Source of the DNA: an uncultured Phycisphaerales bacterium
Lineage (GTDB): Bacteria > Planctomycetota > Phycisphaerae > Tepidisphaerales > Tepidisphaeraceae
Assembly: GCA_963758525.1 (NCBI GenBank)
Contig: CAVWVQ010000003.1
Location: 736,001-800,000 of the forward strand
Direction of reading: 5' to 3'
DNA length: 64,000 nucleotides
Below the pieces are notes generated by a model, which saw only the letters and a list, made by a program, of their open reading frames with translations, was not told the origin of the DNA and searched no databases. The position numbers and the translations under genes were made by a program. Of this stretch, positions 63,085 to 64,000 are shown one piece after another. Position 1 is the first letter of the stretch, and each line of letters begins with the position of its first letter.

Positions 63085-63981
63085 TTACCCCTCAAACGGC
63101 ACCGCCGGCAATCCCCGGACTCCGGGTCTGACAGCGAAGATTCCCCCGGAGAGCGGCGCGGCTTGCAGTTGCGCCGGCGTCATGGTTTCGCGCGGAGGTG
63201 ATGAAAAGCGTCCCCAGATCATCGCCGCCGAACATGCAGCCTACCGCCCTGGGAACAGGAAGCAGAACCTGCCGTTCGATGCGGCCGGCGGGATCGTAGC
63301 GAACCACCCGGCCGATGCCGACCTGGTTGCTCCAGACGTGTCCCTGGGCATCCACACACAGCCCGTCGGGAAAGGCGCCGAGCTTGCGATCAACCTCCGC
63401 GAAGACGCGACGATTGGTGACCGAGCCGGTCTGGGCATCGAATTCATACGCGAAGATCACGTAACGAAAACTCTCGGTGTGATACATCGTTCTGCCGTCA
63501 GGGCTCCACGCGGTCCCGTTGGAACACACAAGCTGGGTGCAGGTTTGCGTGACCGTCAAATCCGGATCCAATCGGTACAGGCTGCCGACCGGGGCATCCC
63601 AGGCGGGATCGCCGATCGTGCCGGCCCAGAAGCGGCCTTGCGGGTCGACTCGCCCGTCATTGAAGCGATTCCCCGGCGTATCGCCTTCGACAGTTGCCAG
63701 CATCTCCAGTTTGTCCGACTCGGGATCGAAGAACGCAAAATTCTTGCGAAGCGTCAGCAGCAGGCCGCCCTGCTTGCGAAACGCCAGACACGTCACCAGG
63801 TCGGGCAGGCTGAACGTTTCGTTGTGTCCGCTGTCGGGATCGAACCGGTGAACTTTTTTGCCGTGAATGTCGACCCAGTAGAGCCGGCGCTGTGCGCATG
63901 CCAGAGAGGAGATTCGCCCACGATGGCGTCCCATTTGAGGACGCACCGAACGTCGTCGCCAGATATTGTTGAGATTGCCAT
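63085..63981 (-). CDS. SMP-30/gluconolactonase family protein (frameshifts near 63900 and 63190)
   Basis: VGESPLWH, LYWVDI, RFNDGRVDPQGRFWAGT, SNGTAWSPDG, PDGLCVDAQG, FGGDDLGTLFITSAR. Confidence 0.92.
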
Positions 63982-64000
63982 AATCCTTCCCAGGGCATTT

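Overview
GC-rich bacterial DNA, most likely a planctomycete of the Phycisphaerae type. This is inferred from an LEPR-xLL-like secreted protein, a prepilin/DUF1559-type gene and a planctomycete-style sigma-70 factor and HUH transposase. About 45 genes are present: housekeeping (nadD, waaA, rpmE, purQ, lpdA, tRNA-Tyr, tRNA-Asn), several secreted or outer-membrane proteins, an ABC transporter, chrA and two-component genes. More than a dozen genes, including the normally essential waaA, carry single-base frameshifts, most likely long-read consensus errors. The main candidate for a new system lies at 29.6-46.2 kb. An operon of two TonB-dependent receptors, YfiR and a YfiN-type CHASE8/HAMP sensor ends in a methyl-accepting chemotaxis domain instead of a kinase or cyclase. 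It converges on a Wsp-like chemosensory operon (cheW-cheR/TPR-cheW-cheA/REC-cheB-REC/PAS/HK) that lacks its own MCP. Other notable features: a REP doublet translated in frame inside the CheA linker, a tandem tRNA-Asn copy whose anticodon arm is replaced by a new hairpin, a RAYT-like transposase with many REP families, heptamer-repeat inverted cassettes, and a CI/LexA-like repressor with three candidate operator boxes.
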